Program-made: the position numbers and the translations under genes
DNA from: a bacterium
Lineage (GTDB): Bacteria > Fidelibacterota > Marinisomatia > Marinisomatales > UBA1611
Direction of reading: 5' to 3'
NCBI GenBank assembly: GCA_004321745.1
Contig: SGYO01000009.1
Coordinates: 3,081 to 67,080 of the forward strand
DNA: 64,000 nucleotides
The notes under the pieces: model-generated
Told to the model about the DNA's origin: nothing
Database searches by the model: none
What the model saw: only the letters and a program-made list of their open reading frames with translations
In this document: piece by piece, positions 55,541 to 64,000 of the stretch
Numbering within the stretch: position 1 is the stretch's first letter
Layout: each line of letters opens with the position of its first letter

Positions 55541-56824
55541 TTAAGTCGGATTACCTATAAGTTCAAACTCATTAACTTTTTCAATTTTAACATTAACAAA
55601 ATCACCCTTTGATACTTTACCATCTATGCGAACGATATTGTCAATTTCAGGAGAGTCAAATTCTGTCCTACCAACGCCGATATTATTTTCAGCCTGATCA
55701 ACAATTACTTTCATAGTTTTTCCAATAAATGATTCATTTTTTTCTAAACTTATCCCATGCTGAAGCTCAACAATTTTATTTTTACGATCATTTTTATCTT
55801 CTATTGAGACATTATCATTTAAGTCAGCTGCGGTAGTTCCCTCTTCCTCTGAATAAGTAAAAGCGCCCAACCGATCAAATTGCATCTCTTCTACAAAATC
55901 ATATAACTCATTAAAATGCTCTTCACTCTCTCCTGGATAACCAACGATTAAAGTTGTTCTTAGGGCAATGTTAGGAACAGCTGATCGTAGTCTTTCAATA
56001 CGATTCCTTATTCCCTCTTGATTTAAACCTCTTTTCATAGATTTCAGTATGTCATCCGAAGCATGCTGAACAGGCATATCTAAGTAATTACATACTTTAT
56101 CACAATCTGCAATGGCATCAATTATACGTTGCGATAAATGTGCAGGATGCGCATAATGAACTCTTATCCAATCAATAGTATCAATAGTATTCAATTCTCT
56201 AAGTAAATCACTTAAATAAACTTTTTTATCCAAATCCCAACCGTACGAAGTAGAATCCTGAGCAATTACCAATAACTCCTTGGTTCCATTCTCCGATAAC
56301 CTAACAGCCTCGTCCATGATAGATGAAATAGTTCTGCTTTTTTGTAGTCCTCTCATAATTGGAATACTACAAAATGAACATCCATTATCGCAGCCTTCTG
56401 CTATTTTTATGTATGCATAATGGTTGGGAGTCATCAGTGAGCGAAAGAAAAGTGGGTCATCTTTAGCAAACTCTTTCCCGGTTAAAAAAGAGATAATTTG
56501 CTTGTGATCATTGCTACCAAATATCCTATCTACCTCTGGGATTTCTTTAGCTATTTCATCAGGGAACCTCTCTGATAGACACCCCATAACAACAAGTTCG
56601 CTCAAATTCCCTGTCTTTTTTAACTCGGCTGCTTGCAATATAGTATCAATTGATTCTTCTCTGGCAATATCCAGAAAACCACATGTATTAACGATAATAG
56701 TATCAGCTTCCTCAGGATCATTTGTGATTGTTAAATTTGATTTATCCATGCCACCTAGTAGTATCTCAGAATCAACAAGATTCTTTGCACACCCTAGGCT
56801 AATTAAGTTTACAACTTTATCCAT
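55541..56824 (-). CDS. rimO: Ribosomal protein S12 methylthiotransferase RimO
   Basis: 427 aa. N-terminal LISLGCAKNLVDSE, radical-SAM cluster CDNGCSFCSIP, C-terminal TRAM domain. Confidence 0.88.
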   Translation of the reverse strand: MDKVVNLISLGCAKNLVDSEILLGGMDKSNLTITNDPEEADTIIVNTCGFLDIAREESIDTILQAAELKKTGNLSELVVMGCLSERFPDEIAKEIPEVDRIFGSNDHKQIISFLTGKEFAKDDPLFFRSLMTPNHYAYIKIAEGCDNGCSFCSIPIMRGLQKSRTISSIMDEAVRLSENGTKELLVIAQDSTSYGWDLDKKVYLSDLLRELNTIDTIDWIRVHYAHPAHLSQRIIDAIADCDKVCNYLDMPVQHASDDILKSMKRGLNQEGIRNRIERLRSAVPNIALRTTLIVGYPGESEEHFNELYDFVEEMQFDRLGAFTYSEEEGTTAADLNDNVSIEDKNDRKNKIVELQHGISLEKNESFIGKTMKVIVDQAENNIGVGRTEFDSPEIDNIVRIDGKVSKGDFVNVKIEKVNEFELIGNPT

Positions 56825-56833
56825 ATATACTTT

Positions 56834-57724
56834 CTATTTACCACTCTCTACTCCAATAAGACCATTTACATATTTCTCAGGGTCAAAAACCTCAAAATCT
56901 GACAACTCCTCGCCTACGCCAATAAATTGCACTGGAATGCCGATTTCCTTATGCAATGAAAAAATTATTCCTCCTTTTGCAGTCCCATCTAATTTTGTCA
57001 AAATTGCACCATCAATTGGTACATGCTTGTTAAACTCCTTTGCCTGCACTATTGAATTTTGCCCCAAAAGAGAATCTATAGTAATAATATTTTTAATTAA
57101 ATATTCCGGGAACCTTTTCATCGTTATTCTATGCATTTTTTCTAATTCACTCATTAAGTTTTTATAGGTGTGTAGCCTCCCTGCTGTATCTACAATAACT
57201 ATATCAGAATTATTGTTTTTTGAAACTGAAAGACCATCAAAAAGAACTGATGAAGGTTCATTAGAATTTTCATTGCATACAAGATCAACATTTGCTCTTT
57301 TTGACCATACTTTTAATTGCTCTACAGCAGCAGCTCTGTACGTATCAGCTGCAACTAAAGTAACGGAATTCCCCATATCTTTATACATCTTTGCCAACTT
57401 TGCAACACTAGTAGTTTTGCCAGTTCCATTAACCCCAACGACCATAACTACAACGGGTTTTTTGCTCAAAACTGTAGGGTCATGTAATTTTGGTAGTTCA
57501 TTAATTAGATATTTCTTTACCTCAAACAAAAAATCACCAGCTTTAAATTTTTTGATAATCTCTATTATGCTTTCAACGGTATCATAACCAATATCAGCCA
57601 GTAATAATTTTTCTTCAATATTTTCAATCTCTCCTTGAGACATACTTCCACTTTTAAGTTTGTTAAAAGCCTTAGAAATTGAAAAGCGCGTATTCTCTAA
57701 AGCGCTAAATAATGTATTAAACAT
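56834..57724 (-). CDS. ftsY: Signal recognition particle receptor FtsY (NG domain only)
   Basis: 296 aa. GVNGTGKTTSVAKLA, DTAGRLH, TKLDGTAKGG, GVGE...DF..F. Confidence 0.93.
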   Translation of the reverse strand: MFNTLFSALENTRFSISKAFNKLKSGSMSQGEIENIEEKLLLADIGYDTVESIIEIIKKFKAGDFLFEVKKYLINELPKLHDPTVLSKKPVVVMVVGVNGTGKTTSVAKLAKMYKDMGNSVTLVAADTYRAAAVEQLKVWSKRANVDLVCNENSNEPSSVLFDGLSVSKNNNSDIVIVDTAGRLHTYKNLMSELEKMHRITMKRFPEYLIKNIITIDSLLGQNSIVQAKEFNKHVPIDGAILTKLDGTAKGGIIFSLHKEIGIPVQFIGVGEELSDFEVFDPEKYVNGLIGVESGK

Positions 57725-58301
57725 TTTTTCCTCTAAAAACGTTAAAATAATCTTTATAATATATCATCCAACTAACTAAGGATAACACGAAAGCGGAATA
57801 AAGAGTAAATGGCTTTAACCACCAAACTGATTCAATCTCAAAAATATGTAAAAATACAGTTAATGCTGTTATTCCTGTTGTCCACTTACCCCACCAATTT
57901 GAATGCAAAATATATTGTCCAGTATTTACAAAATAGATCGCTGGAACCGCAATCATAAAATGCCTAATAATATAAAATGAAAAAAACCATAATGGAAAAA
58001 TTTCCATTATAACCAAATATAAAACCACAGAGGATATAATTATAAAATCAGCAATAGGATCTAACCACATACCTAGGTGAGTAACTTCTCCAGCTCTCCT
58101 AGCAAAATAACCATCTAAAGCATCAGACAGAATAGCGAGGATGATTATTCCTGCTGTAACAGCTCTTAAATCAGGATAATTTAAAGTATAAATTATTGGA
58201 ATAGCTGATGCTGCTCGCAATAAACTAATAATATTTGCTAGAGTTAACACCTTTGAAGGGTTACTCATATAAATATCTTTGATGTGACTTATTTTATTCA
58301 T
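57717..58301 (-). CDS. CDP-alcohol phosphatidyltransferase family protein (second paralogue, substrate unknown)
   Basis: 194 aa membrane protein with DALDGYFARRAGEVTHLGMWLDPIADF, i.e. the D-x2-D-G-x2-A-R...G-x3-D-x3-D motif. Overlaps the ftsY start by 8 nt. Confidence 0.75.
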   Translation of the reverse strand: MNKISHIKDIYMSNPSKVLTLANIISLLRAASAIPIIYTLNYPDLRAVTAGIIILAILSDALDGYFARRAGEVTHLGMWLDPIADFIIISSVVLYLVIMEIFPLWFFSFYIIRHFMIAVPAIYFVNTGQYILHSNWWGKWTTGITALTVFLHIFEIESVWWLKPFTLYSAFVLSLVSWMIYYKDYFNVFRGKNV

Positions 58302-58317
58302 CTTTATTGATGTACTA

Positions 58318-59592
58318 TTAAGAAATTAAATGATTCAATATTTTGACCGATGCTCCTGAATGATTTAAAATAATATTTCTAGCTGACTCACTAGAATGAA
58401 TTAGATTTTCTTCGCTATTAAAATAAAAATTAAGAAAATTATTGAAATCTATGCTTTTTGAAATACTACGCCCAGCGTTTTGACTAATTATTTCAACAGC
58501 CTCTTTAAATTTTTTATAACGAGGGCCAAAAATCATTGGAACTCCAGCTACAGCAGGTTCCATTAGGTTATGCACCCCCGATGAAAAACCTCCGCCAACA
58601 TAGGCAACCTTTGTAGTCCAATATAAATCAGCTAACACACCCACCGCATTTATAATTACTATTCTAGAATTAATTTGACCGATACTTTCAATAGAGTCAA
58701 TTACTTCCGTGCTCAGACCATTTCTATTAAATATATTGACCAAGTATTTATTTTCCTGGCTATTCGGCTCGTGAGAAATCCAATAAACTTGAATATTGGT
58801 ATTTTTTAGATATTTTATTAATTGAGCTAGAATCATATTACGATCTTCTTTGTGCATACTGGCCATCAGCAATATATCTTCCCTTTTACTAACATCAATT
58901 TTACCAAGTTCATGTTGTTTTTTAGACCGTTGGATAGCCTGGTCAAATCGAGGATTACCAGTTATGGGAATCTCACTAATGTTTTTATTCTTTAAATAAT
59001 TAAAAATATCTTTTTGATCATTTTCATCCACCGCAAAAATTTTTGAAAAAGAAAAATAGATTGGCTTATAAAAGTAATAAGCAGCGGAAAATATATTTTT
59101 GTGAAAATGTTTTGACTCAGCACCAATTAAATACGTTTTTATATTTTTAGATTGAGAAACATTTAAAAAATTATACCATATATCATTATTGGCAAGAATT
59201 ATTGCTTTTGGGCTAACAATCTTTATAGCTTTTTTTATTGTCCACAAAAAATCAAGGGGTAAATATATTTTACAGTCAACATTATCATTTTTACAATTAA
59301 CAAACCCACTTGGTGAAAAAAAACTTAATAAAATGATACAATTATTATCCTTCTTTTTTAAACCATTTATGATTTGCTCAACTTGTAAAAATTCACCATA
59401 AGACGAACAATGAAACCAATGTATATTAGATTTTATATTATTTTGATTAAAGTATTTGTTTAATATATGAATTGATTCAAATCTAGCAGCTAAACCAACC
59501 CTTATTTTTTTATTAAATATTGAAAGAAAAAACACAAAAAATAAAAACACAGGGTATAAAATATTATACACTACAAAAAACAATGTGTTCAT
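58318..59592 (-). CDS. waaA: 3-deoxy-D-manno-octulosonic acid (Kdo) transferase
   Basis: 424 aa. N-terminal TM, HCSSYGEF..V..II (GT30 N-domain), C-terminal AYVGGGFSSGVHNLMEPAVAGVPMIFGP. Confidence 0.83.
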   Translation of the reverse strand: MNTLFFVVYNILYPVFLFFVFFLSIFNKKIRVGLAARFESIHILNKYFNQNNIKSNIHWFHCSSYGEFLQVEQIINGLKKKDNNCIILLSFFSPSGFVNCKNDNVDCKIYLPLDFLWTIKKAIKIVSPKAIILANNDIWYNFLNVSQSKNIKTYLIGAESKHFHKNIFSAAYYFYKPIYFSFSKIFAVDENDQKDIFNYLKNKNISEIPITGNPRFDQAIQRSKKQHELGKIDVSKREDILLMASMHKEDRNMILAQLIKYLKNTNIQVYWISHEPNSQENKYLVNIFNRNGLSTEVIDSIESIGQINSRIVIINAVGVLADLYWTTKVAYVGGGFSSGVHNLMEPAVAGVPMIFGPRYKKFKEAVEIISQNAGRSISKSIDFNNFLNFYFNSEENLIHSSESARNIILNHSGASVKILNHLIS

Positions 59593-59593
59593 T

Positions 59594-60601
59594 TTATAAG
59601 CTTTTTATTACTGCATTTGATACTGTGCTGGGCGATATTAAATCCATACAGTACTGCTTTGAACGGTAACATAGGTTTTTACCATTTTGTGAGCATGGTC
59701 TACACCAAATATCTGTCTCAATATTATTTGATATTTTCAAAGATACTCCTCCGCCAGTTTCTTTAGATGTTGGACCTAAAATCATATTCGCTGATTTGCC
59801 TAACGCTTCTGCAATATGCAATAATCCTGTATCACTTCCGAATACTGATTCTGAAAGCGATAATATGGCCATGGCTTGCCTTAGGTTTGTTTTTCCCGAA
59901 AAATTAATCACAGATTTATTTTTCTCAGATATTAGATTATTTATTTTATCTTGATGTGTACCAAGTAGTACAATATCAAGACCTGTCTTTGCTTTAATTT
60001 TATCTATTGCATCACAATATTTTGAAAAGCTCCACACTTTTCTACCCCATGCTGCACCTGGAATAGCTACCACATAACGATCATGAATTCCATTCTGAAT
60101 TAACATCTCTTTTGCAGATTTAAGCTCCTCACTACTCACTGTTAAAAATGTTTCAGGGAATTCGCTTTCATTTAGCTCTTTAATACATTTATGATACATA
60201 TAAATTGCTGAAAATACTTTAGGGAATAAATTTATATGAAATTGAAAAAGAATAAATCTCAGTAATCTTGGCTTTCTTACTCTGGATACAATTTTGGATA
60301 AACCCATAGTAACTAAATGAGATCGTATAGAACCATGTAAATCATATATTTTATCATATTTTGCACTAATGATCACCTCATTTAACGCTAATAAATTTTT
60401 CAATTTAGATTTCGAATCAAGCTTTATCACTTTATCAATAGATGGTTGAAGCTCTAATAATGGAGAAAATTTTTCCAAAGTTAAAAAGTGTATCTTAGCA
60501 TTCGGGTTTAATTTCCTAATTGTCTTTAATGGTGAAGTTGCAAGAACAATATCGCCTATAGAGCTAAATCTAATAATAAGAATTTTATTAAAGTTTTTCA
60601 T
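59594..60601 (-). CDS. Glycosyltransferase family 9 (LPS heptosyltransferase-like)
   Basis: 335 aa. ILIIRFSSIGDIVLATSPLKTIR N-terminus and GSDTGLLHIAEALG C-terminal motif typical of GT9. Confidence 0.8.
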   Translation of the reverse strand: MKNFNKILIIRFSSIGDIVLATSPLKTIRKLNPNAKIHFLTLEKFSPLLELQPSIDKVIKLDSKSKLKNLLALNEVIISAKYDKIYDLHGSIRSHLVTMGLSKIVSRVRKPRLLRFILFQFHINLFPKVFSAIYMYHKCIKELNESEFPETFLTVSSEELKSAKEMLIQNGIHDRYVVAIPGAAWGRKVWSFSKYCDAIDKIKAKTGLDIVLLGTHQDKINNLISEKNKSVINFSGKTNLRQAMAILSLSESVFGSDTGLLHIAEALGKSANMILGPTSKETGGGVSLKISNNIETDIWCRPCSQNGKNLCYRSKQYCMDLISPSTVSNAVIKSL

Positions 60602-60602
60602 T

Positions 60603-61580
60603 TTACTTTAACCTACTTACATTGAATTCAACCAATTTAATTAATGAATTTTTAGTTTCTGAATCATCATAGCCATCTATTGCAGCAACTGCTTTATCTG
60701 AAAATTCTTGTAGCTTATTTTTAGAATAATCAAAACCTCCAAGCTCTGAAATCAAATCATTAATTTCTCTTAAATTACTATTTGTTTTTTTCTTTGATCT
60801 GACCAAAGTCTTAAGTTTCTTTTTTTCAGATATTGTAGAATTTTCTAAACAAAAGATCAATGGAAGAGTAATCATATTTTTTTTTACATCACCACCTGAA
60901 TCCTTACCGGTTTCATTTTCCGATCCAAGAAAATCAAAAAGGTCATCTTTTATTTGAAATGCCATGCCAAGATTATTACCATATTCAAAAGTAGATTTTC
61001 TATCACTTTTATCATTTGTTGTAGTTATTGCGCCTAGCTCACAACTAGCTGCAATAAGAGAAGCAGTCTTCTGATTTATCATATCATAATAAACTTCCTT
61101 AGGCATGTTTCTGGTCAAACTTTTTTCGATTTGCATAATTTCACCTGCACTGAGTTTTTCCGCTGTTTGAGATATTAAATCAAGAGCATCAAAATTTTTA
61201 AGATTTACCATATTTATTAATGCTTTACTAAGTATAAAATCACCCATCAACACAGAAATTTTATTTTTCCAAACTTGTTTTATTGAAGGTTTGCCTCTCC
61301 TCATTTTAGCATCATCAACAATATCATCATGAATCAAGGTTGCAACATGCAAAAGTTCCATCATGGCAGCTGCTTTATAAGAATGTTTTGAAGGGGTATC
61401 ACATAACCTTGCACAGAGCAGAGTAAGTATTGGCCTGATTCTTTTACCTCTATTTTTGACTAAAAAACCTGAAATTGAGTTTATCAACTTAACATCTGAA
61501 TTAAGAGCTTGTTTAAACTCAGTTTCAAAGTACGTCAGATCTTCCTTAATAGGAGCTTTAATTGTTTCTAATTCATTCAT
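60603..61580 (-). CDS. ispB: Polyprenyl diphosphate synthase (octaprenyl-diphosphate synthase-like)
   Basis: 325 aa. First DDxxD-type motif LIHDDIVDD, GK.S....WGN-like segment, second motif QIKDDLFD. Confidence 0.87.
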   Translation of the reverse strand: MNELETIKAPIKEDLTYFETEFKQALNSDVKLINSISGFLVKNRGKRIRPILTLLCARLCDTPSKHSYKAAAMMELLHVATLIHDDIVDDAKMRRGKPSIKQVWKNKISVLMGDFILSKALINMVNLKNFDALDLISQTAEKLSAGEIMQIEKSLTRNMPKEVYYDMINQKTASLIAASCELGAITTTNDKSDRKSTFEYGNNLGMAFQIKDDLFDFLGSENETGKDSGGDVKKNMITLPLIFCLENSTISEKKKLKTLVRSKKKTNSNLREINDLISELGGFDYSKNKLQEFSDKAVAAIDGYDDSETKNSLIKLVEFNVSRLK

Positions 61581-61601
61581 TTATAGCCTTAAACTTACTC
61601 A

Positions 61602-62345
61602 CTATTCACCACCAAAACCTTTATTGCGATTTACAATCCAAGAAACACCAATACTTAACTCATAAAGTATAATCAAAGGAAATGCCATCACTAACATACT
61701 GACAGGATCTGGAGGTGTGATAAATGAAGATAATATAAAAATTACAACGATAGCGTGTCTTCTATAATGCCTCATAAATGCAGGGGTTAATAACCCGATA
61801 GTCGATAACAAGAAAGACACTACAGGAAGCTGAAAAACAATACCACAACCCAATAGTAACCAAGTTATAAAACTGAAATAGTGATTTATGGAAAAATTAT
61901 TTAAAACTGTCTCTCCAGATAAACTGGCGAAAAAGTTTAGGCAATATGGGATTAGAATAGTATAACTAAAAACAATACCAAGTAAAAATGAAACAAATGA
62001 GAAAAACACTAATGGCAAAACAAATCCTCTTTCATTAGCGTAAAGACCAGGAGAAATAAATTTCCATATTTGAAATGTAATTACAGGTATTGCAAGAATT
62101 ACGCCTCCAATAAGAGCGATACTCCATTTGATAATGAACATTCCCTGGACAGATAAAACTTGTAAGTTGATAGGCTTATCACTTTTCGTATTATCTAAAG
62201 GTGTTAAGAGGAGTTCTAAAAAGAAGTCGATAAAAAAGAATGTTAGTATGCCTCCAAAAATTATTGATGAAATTATCTTAATAATTCTCCACCTAAGCTC
62301 CTCAAGATGATCGATAAAGCTCATAGATTTATTTCCGGAACTCAT
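61602..62345 (-). CDS. tatC: Twin-arginine translocase subunit TatC
   Basis: 247 aa with six TM segments. MSFIDHLEELRWRIIK N-terminus and FITPPDP motif. Confidence 0.92.
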   Translation of the reverse strand: MSSGNKSMSFIDHLEELRWRIIKIISSIIFGGILTFFFIDFFLELLLTPLDNTKSDKPINLQVLSVQGMFIIKWSIALIGGVILAIPVITFQIWKFISPGLYANERGFVLPLVFFSFVSFLLGIVFSYTILIPYCLNFFASLSGETVLNNFSINHYFSFITWLLLGCGIVFQLPVVSFLLSTIGLLTPAFMRHYRRHAIVVIFILSSFITPPDPVSMLVMAFPLIILYELSIGVSWIVNRNKGFGGE

Positions 62346-63292
62346 TTTACTTCTTTATCAAAATTTAATAATAGTTTTCTAACTACTGAGTTTGGAGGAT
62401 TAGCTACAGAATCAATTGAGCTGGTAATATTTTTAAACAATCTACGTCTATTTAAATCCCAAAAAATGCCCTCTAATTTTTCAACTACAAGTGCCTTGAT
62501 TCTATTTTTATACCGCCTTAATCTTCTTTTTTCTAGTTGTCCACTTTCATCAAAAAGTTGAATATTCCTTATAATTTTATCAAAAATTTGTTTTACTCCA
62601 ACTCCTGTTGTAGCAACTGAGCTCATCACATCGGGAATGAAACCGTCCTCTGTGCTAACAGCGTGTAAAATATCAACCAATGTTCGTTCTATTCGCTTTG
62701 AACCCGGCCTGTCTGATTTATTGATGACGAATAGATCTGCAATCTCAATAATTCCAGCTTTCATTAGTTGCACCTCATCTCCGGACTCAGGCACTAATAC
62801 TACAATGGTAAAATCAGCTGCATTTACAATGTCATGTTCAGCTTGACCGACGCCTACTGTTTCAAAGATTATGATATCTTTACCACTAGCTGCTAGTATG
62901 TCTCCTACTTCCTGCGCTTTTCTAGATAAACCACCCAAATCACCTCTATTCCCCATACTTCTTATATAAACATTATTATTTTCAGAATATTTACTCATGC
63001 GTACTCTATCACCTAGGAGTGCTCCGCCGCTAAATGGACTACTGGGGTCAATGGCTACAACTCCAACAGATTTGTTATCATTTATAAAACAAGATATTAA
63101 TTTATCAACCAATGTGCTTTTCCCAGCTCCAGGCGGCCCTGTTACACCAATGCGCACAGGTTCATTTGAATATTTGTAAATCTTATCATAAAATTTGGCT
63201 ACTTGGGAATCATTATTCTCAACCATTGATATAGCTCTAGAGATTGCTACATGCTTATTAATAAATATATCTTTGTAATTAAACTTTTTCAT
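62342..63292 (-). CDS. meaB: MeaB/ArgK-type G3E GTPase (methylmalonyl-CoA mutase accessory family)
   Basis: 316 aa. GVTGPPGAGKSTLVDKL, AIDPSSPFSGGALLGDRVRM, ETVGVGQ, INKSD. Confidence 0.87.
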   Translation of the reverse strand: MKKFNYKDIFINKHVAISRAISMVENNDSQVAKFYDKIYKYSNEPVRIGVTGPPGAGKSTLVDKLISCFINDNKSVGVVAIDPSSPFSGGALLGDRVRMSKYSENNNVYIRSMGNRGDLGGLSRKAQEVGDILAASGKDIIIFETVGVGQAEHDIVNAADFTIVVLVPESGDEVQLMKAGIIEIADLFVINKSDRPGSKRIERTLVDILHAVSTEDGFIPDVMSSVATTGVGVKQIFDKIIRNIQLFDESGQLEKRRLRRYKNRIKALVVEKLEGIFWDLNRRRLFKNITSSIDSVANPPNSVVRKLLLNFDKEVK

Positions 63293-63426
63293 CTAAAAAT
63301 AATATACGCCATTATTTATACTAAAATAATAATCTTTATTCATTAAAATTTATTAGAAATCACTCATTGACTACAAAAACCATTATATACTAATTTTAGT
63401 GTCTTTAAATAAAAGGAAAAAATATA

Positions 63427-63681
63427 ATGGATAGACATCCTCAACAAATAAAAAGAGAGCGTCAAGACGTGAAGAGAAGAGCTAGAAATGTTTCTAGCGT
63501 GTCTAGGTTGCGTACACAAATTAAGAGAGTTCTAGAAGCTACTGATAAGGAGAAAGCTCAAGCAGAATACACCATAGCAGTAAGTTACATTGACAAGGCT
63601 GCTAGCAGAGGCCTTATTCATAAAAATACAGCTGGTAGAAGAAAGTCTAAAATCACTCGCCATTTAAATTCATTAAGCTAA
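63427..63681 (+). CDS. rpsT: 30S ribosomal protein S20
   Basis: 84 aa, very basic. KRERQDVKRRARNVSSVSRLRTQIKRV......A....ID.AASRGLIHKN.A.R.KS matches the S20 pattern. Confidence 0.9.
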   Translation: MDRHPQQIKRERQDVKRRARNVSSVSRLRTQIKRVLEATDKEKAQAEYTIAVSYIDKAASRGLIHKNTAGRRKSKITRHLNSLS

Positions 63682-63687
63682 ACTAAT

Positions 63688-64000
63688 TTAGTTGTCTGAT
63701 GGCGAATAGTTAGGAGCTTCTTTTACAATTCTAACTTCATGGGGATGACTTTCTCTTACTCCGGCTGACGTTATTTCAATAAACTCTGACTTTCTGCCAA
63801 ATTCATCGATATTTTTACACCCACAATAGCCCAATGATGCCTTTATACCGCCAGTAAGCTGGTGAATTGTATTTTTAACTGGGCCTCTGAATGGTACCAT
63901 TCCTTCAATACCCTCTGGGACAAGCTTTTTATTATCCGTGTCCTCCTGAAAATAACGATCCCCACTACCTTCTTCCATCGCACCCATTGATCCCATACCT
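63688..64000 (-). CDS. guaB: Inosine-5'-monophosphate dehydrogenase, C-terminal ~104 codons; gene runs off the window end
   Basis: (G)[17 protein letters not shown]....[16 protein letters not shown]...IHQL.GG.....GYCG...I.EF......[14 protein letters not shown] is the conserved IMPDH C-terminus. The reading frame is open to position 64000. Confidence 0.92.
   Translation of the reverse strand, partial: GMGSMGAMEEGSGDRYFQEDTDNKKLVPEGIEGMVPFRGPVKNTIHQLTGGIKASLGYCGCKNIDEFGRKSEFIEITSAGVRESHPHEVRIVKEAPNYSPSDN

Noticed and set aside
56511-57167. 218-aa plus-strand ORF, and the many other 60-140-aa plus-strand ORFs in the track (e.g. 1251..1661, 7022..7384, 10236..10595, 19625..19933, 29145..29555, 57168..57587)
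   Set aside because: All lie antisense to genes with strong family signatures. They are Ser/Leu/Phe/Ile-rich low-complexity translations typical of shadow frames and have no recognisable motifs. The 218-aa ORF spans the rimO/ftsY junction.
1-64000. CRISPR arrays, IS elements, integrases, prophage genes, rRNA
   Set aside because: I found no spaced direct-repeat arrays, no transposase/integrase/recombinase-like translations in the ORF track, and no rRNA-like GC-rich blocks. The only GC-rich non-coding blocks are the three tRNAs, the SRP RNA and the candidate sRNA.

Overview
Visibly AT-rich (roughly one-third GC by eye, not computed), very gene-dense bacterial chromosomal window. I support about 62 protein genes, 3 tRNAs (Pro-GGG, Arg-CCT, Leu-CAA) and one large Bacillus-type SRP RNA. 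Intergenic gaps are often 0-20 nt and many genes have start/stop overlaps. Almost everything up to 31.8 kb is on the minus strand. Most of the window is housekeeping. It holds the conserved rimP-nusA-infB-rbfA-truB-ribF-rpsO-pnp superoperon (5.4-14.0 kb) and a Firmicute-like block, ffs-dnaX-ybaB-recR-pgsA-pgpA-cinA-thpR-recA-recX (18.5-26.0 kb). It also holds gpsA, an acyl-CoA ligase, dld, serC, msrA, tldD/pmbA, rmuC, hsp20, rimO, ftsY, LPS-core genes (waaA, a GT9 heptosyltransferase), ispB, tatC, meaB, rpsT and a guaB fragment. LPS, Tat and outer-membrane-type genes indicate a diderm. The streamlined, AT-rich look suggests a free-living (possibly marine) oligotroph, but that is inference only. 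I saw no rRNA, CRISPR array, transposase, integrase or phage genes.

Four patches look accessory. (i) 26.2-30.0 kb: a four-gene operon led by a FecR-domain, TSP3-repeat outer-membrane-type protein with three unrecognisable partners. (ii) 32.1-36.8 kb: a 1139-aa CarboxypepD_reg/PKD/Calx-beta/PPC surface protein overlapping msrA and a lipoprotein gene. (iii) 38.1-43.6 kb: an ECF sigma / anti-sigma / CpxP-like / lipoprotein module, divergent from a UvrD helicase fused to a Cas4-like Fe-S nuclease. (iv) 49.4-55.5 kb: a stress/redox/sulfur patch. It contains Hsp20, an EF-hand protein with a NOX-type FAD/NAD dehydrogenase module but no heme membrane domain, a cystathionine-beta-synthase core, a GH1 glycosidase fused to a TlpA-like thioredoxin, and a QEGLA/DUF1704 protein.

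The observations I rate most worth follow-up:
- the heme-less EF-hand NOX-like protein;
- the CBS + GH1-thioredoxin pair;
- two in-frame slippery sites in dnaX at the tau/gamma position;
- an intrinsic terminator ending 6 nt before the rimP start codon (likely NusA autoregulation);
- the large SRP RNA, which forces a re-call of the dnaX start;
- a structured, terminator-ended candidate sRNA after tRNA-Leu.

No single locus can be shown from sequence alone to be a new system. All functional proposals are labelled as inference.
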